A stretch of 64,000 nt of DNA from Isoptericola halotolerans (lineage in GTDB: Bacteria > Actinomycetota > Actinomycetes > Actinomycetales > Cellulomonadaceae), in the NCBI RefSeq assembly GCF_013149785.1, contig NZ_JABEZU010000001.1, forward strand, positions 434,001 to 498,000. Direction: 5' to 3'. This document shows, in pieces, positions 62,169-64,000 of the stretch. The translations under genes and the position numbers were made by a program. Positions within the stretch are counted from its first letter, which is position 1, and the number at the start of each line of letters is the position of its first letter. The notes beneath the pieces were generated by a model. That model was given only the letters and a program-made list of their open reading frames with translations, searched no databases and was not told the DNA's origin.

Positions 62169-63370
62169 GCACCGCCGCAGGTCCCCTGATGCCCGGCCAC
62201 CGCGCACCCCTCGGCCCCGGGCTCCTGGCCGAGCTGCGGACCCGGCTCGGCGGCACCGCCGGCGGTGGCACCCCGCCCGACGACGCCGCGGTCGCCGAGG
62301 CGCTCCGTGCCAGCGGTCGGGTGCTCGGTTCCGAGGCGCTGGCCGACCTCACCCGCGAAGCCCGCGCGGAGCTGTCAGGTGCCGGCCCGCTGCAGCCGCT
62401 CCTCGAGGAACCCGGGGTCACGGACGTGCTCGTCAACGGACCGGACGACGTCTGGGTCGACCGCGGTGACGGGCTGCGGCGCAGCGACGTCGGGCTGCCC
62501 GATGCCGCGTCCGTCCGGGCGCTCGCGGTCCGCATGGCCGCCGTCGCGGGAGCCCGGCTCGACGACGCCAGCCCGGTGGTGGACGCGCGCCTGCCCGACG
62601 GCACCCGCCTGCACGCCGCCGTCGAACCCGTCGCACCGGCCGGCGCCGTGATCGCGTTGCGAGTGCTGCGTCAGGCCGTGCTCGACCTGTCGGCCCTCGT
62701 CGCCGGCGGCGGGGTGCCGACCGCCTGGGAGCCGCTGCTGCACGACCTGGTCCGACATCGCGCCAACCTGCTCGTCACCGGCGGCACCGGCACCGGCAAG
62801 ACGACGCTGCTCGCGGCGCTCCTCGGGCTCGTCCCGCCGGACGAACGGCTGCTCACCGTCGAGGAGGCCCGCGAGCTCGCACCCCTCCACCCGCACGTGG
62901 TGGCGCTCGCGGCCCGCCGGCCCAACGTCGAGGGCGTCGGGGAGGTCACGCTGACCGATCTCGTCCGCGGTGCGCTGCGGATGCGCCCCGACCGGATCGT
63001 GCTCGGGGAGTGCCGCGGCGCCGAGGTCCGGGAGCTGCTGCTCGCCCTCAACACCGGGCACGACGGCGGGATGGCCACCGTGCACGCCAACGCGGCCGAG
63101 CACGTCCCGGCACGCCTGGAGGCGCTCGCCGCCCTCGCCGGGATGCCCCGGCCCGCCGTCGCCGCGCAGGCGGCCGCTGCGCTCGACGTGGTGCTGCACC
63201 TGCGCCGCCGTGGTGGTTCCCGCTACCTGGCACAGGTCGCCGTCGTCGGTCTGGGCGGCCCGGGCGACCTGGCGGTGCGGCCGGTTGCCTCGTGGGACGG
63301 TCCCGGCTCGGGGCAGCCCCGCACGTCGGACGGCTGGGACCTGCTGCTCGAGCGGTGGTCGACGTGCTGA
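62165..63370 (+). CDS. tadA: TadA/CpaF secretion ATPase
   Basis: VTDVLVNG, GGTGTGKTT, LRMRPDRIVLGECRG and NTGHDGGMATVHAN; GTGA coupling (ATG 62189 is an alternative start). Confidence 0.92.
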   Translation: MSTAAGPLMPGHRAPLGPGLLAELRTRLGGTAGGGTPPDDAAVAEALRASGRVLGSEALADLTREARAELSGAGPLQPLLEEPGVTDVLVNGPDDVWVDRGDGLRRSDVGLPDAASVRALAVRMAAVAGARLDDASPVVDARLPDGTRLHAAVEPVAPAGAVIALRVLRQAVLDLSALVAGGGVPTAWEPLLHDLVRHRANLLVTGGTGTGKTTLLAALLGLVPPDERLLTVEEARELAPLHPHVVALAARRPNVEGVGEVTLTDLVRGALRMRPDRIVLGECRGAEVRELLLALNTGHDGGMATVHANAAEHVPARLEALAALAGMPRPAVAAQAAAALDVVLHLRRRGGSRYLAQVAVVGLGGPGDLAVRPVASWDGPGSGQPRTSDGWDLLLERWSTC

Positions 63371-64000
63371 CGCCGGTGGTGCTGGCCGTGTCCTGCGCGG
63401 TGTGGTGCGTCGTCGTCCCCGGTGGCCGACGGGCGAGCGCGCTCGCCGCCGACGGCGGACGGCCCGGCCGACGGGGCATGACGGCGTTCCTGCGAGCGCT
63501 ACGTCCTCGCGAGCCCCGGCCCGACCAGGTCCGCGTCGCCGTCGCACAGGTCGGGGCGATGCTCCGTTCCGGTGCCGCGCCGGCCACGGCCTGGTCCCGG
63601 GCGCTCGGGGTGCCCGTCGACGCCGAGGGCATCCCCGAGGCCGACGCGCTGGCGCGGGCCGTGGGCGGCGCCCGTCCGGCAGCGGCAGTGATCGCGGCAG
63701 CCCGGCTCGCCCGCGAGGTGGGCGCACCCCTCGGCCGGGTCCTGGAGGCGGTCGGGGACGCGCTGGTCGCGCAGGCGGAGGCGGACGCCGAGCAGGAGGC
63801 GTCGCTCGCCGGTCCGCAGACGACCGCGCGGGTCCTGCTCTGGCTGCCCGTCCTCGGGGCGGTGCTCGGCACGGTCCTCGGTGCGGATCCTGTCGCGACC
63901 GCGACCGACGGAGGGGCCGGCACGGCCGCCGTGCTGCTCGGTGTGCTGGCGCTCCTGGCCGGGCGCACGTGGACCCGCCGGCTCGTGGACGTGGCTCGCG
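63364..64000 (+). CDS. TadB-like type II secretion F-domain protein (cut by the window end)
   Basis: Not in the ORF track because it has no stop in the window; translation gives LRSGAAP..AW, GAPLGRVLE and AGPQTTARVLLWLPVLG..LG..LGADP. Confidence 0.85.
   Translation, partial: MLTPVVLAVSCAVWCVVVPGGRRASALAADGGRPGRRGMTAFLRALRPREPRPDQVRVAVAQVGAMLRSGAAPATAWSRALGVPVDAEGIPEADALARAVGGARPAAAVIAAARLAREVGAPLGRVLEAVGDALVAQAEADAEQEASLAGPQTTARVLLWLPVLGAVLGTVLGADPVATATDGGAGTAAVLLGVLALLAGRTWTRRLVDVAR

Overview
Very high-GC actinobacterial chromosome segment (Micrococcales; gene content and order suggest a Cellulomonas/Actinotalea-like organism, which is inference). It is mostly core or semi-core genes: monomeric icd, a 5-gene Dpp/Opp-type ABC importer, an ExeM/NucH nuclease, purF-purM-DUF3073-bldC, tRNA-Phe/Asp/Glu and tRNA-Lys, a DEAD-box helicase, msrB, MFS transporters, DUF47-pit, an IclR-regulated hut cluster, NUDIX(MutT1)-ppk1-mshD-acs, and a HAD hydrolase followed by the ssd-tadA-tadB locus. 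I see no integrase, transposase, prophage or CRISPR array. The strongest signals lie outside the ORF track. (i) An ~87-nt four-way-junction RNA candidate with its own -10 element at 41566-41652, which I cannot assign to a named family. (ii) A compact Ms1-like (RNA polymerase-binding) RNA candidate at its syntenic position downstream of the HAD gene (~60121-60305, minus). (iii) A translationally coupled molybdoenzyme + flavin reductase + CxxC/CxxC mini-protein operon that looks like an uncharacterised three-component redox chain. Other points are PHO-box-like repeats at the nuclease and ppk genes, a Pit transporter with a degenerate signature Asp, and an acyltransferase fused to an alpha/alpha-barrel-like domain. 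All family assignments come from motif recognition by eye; no searches were run, and several start codons are my own choice.
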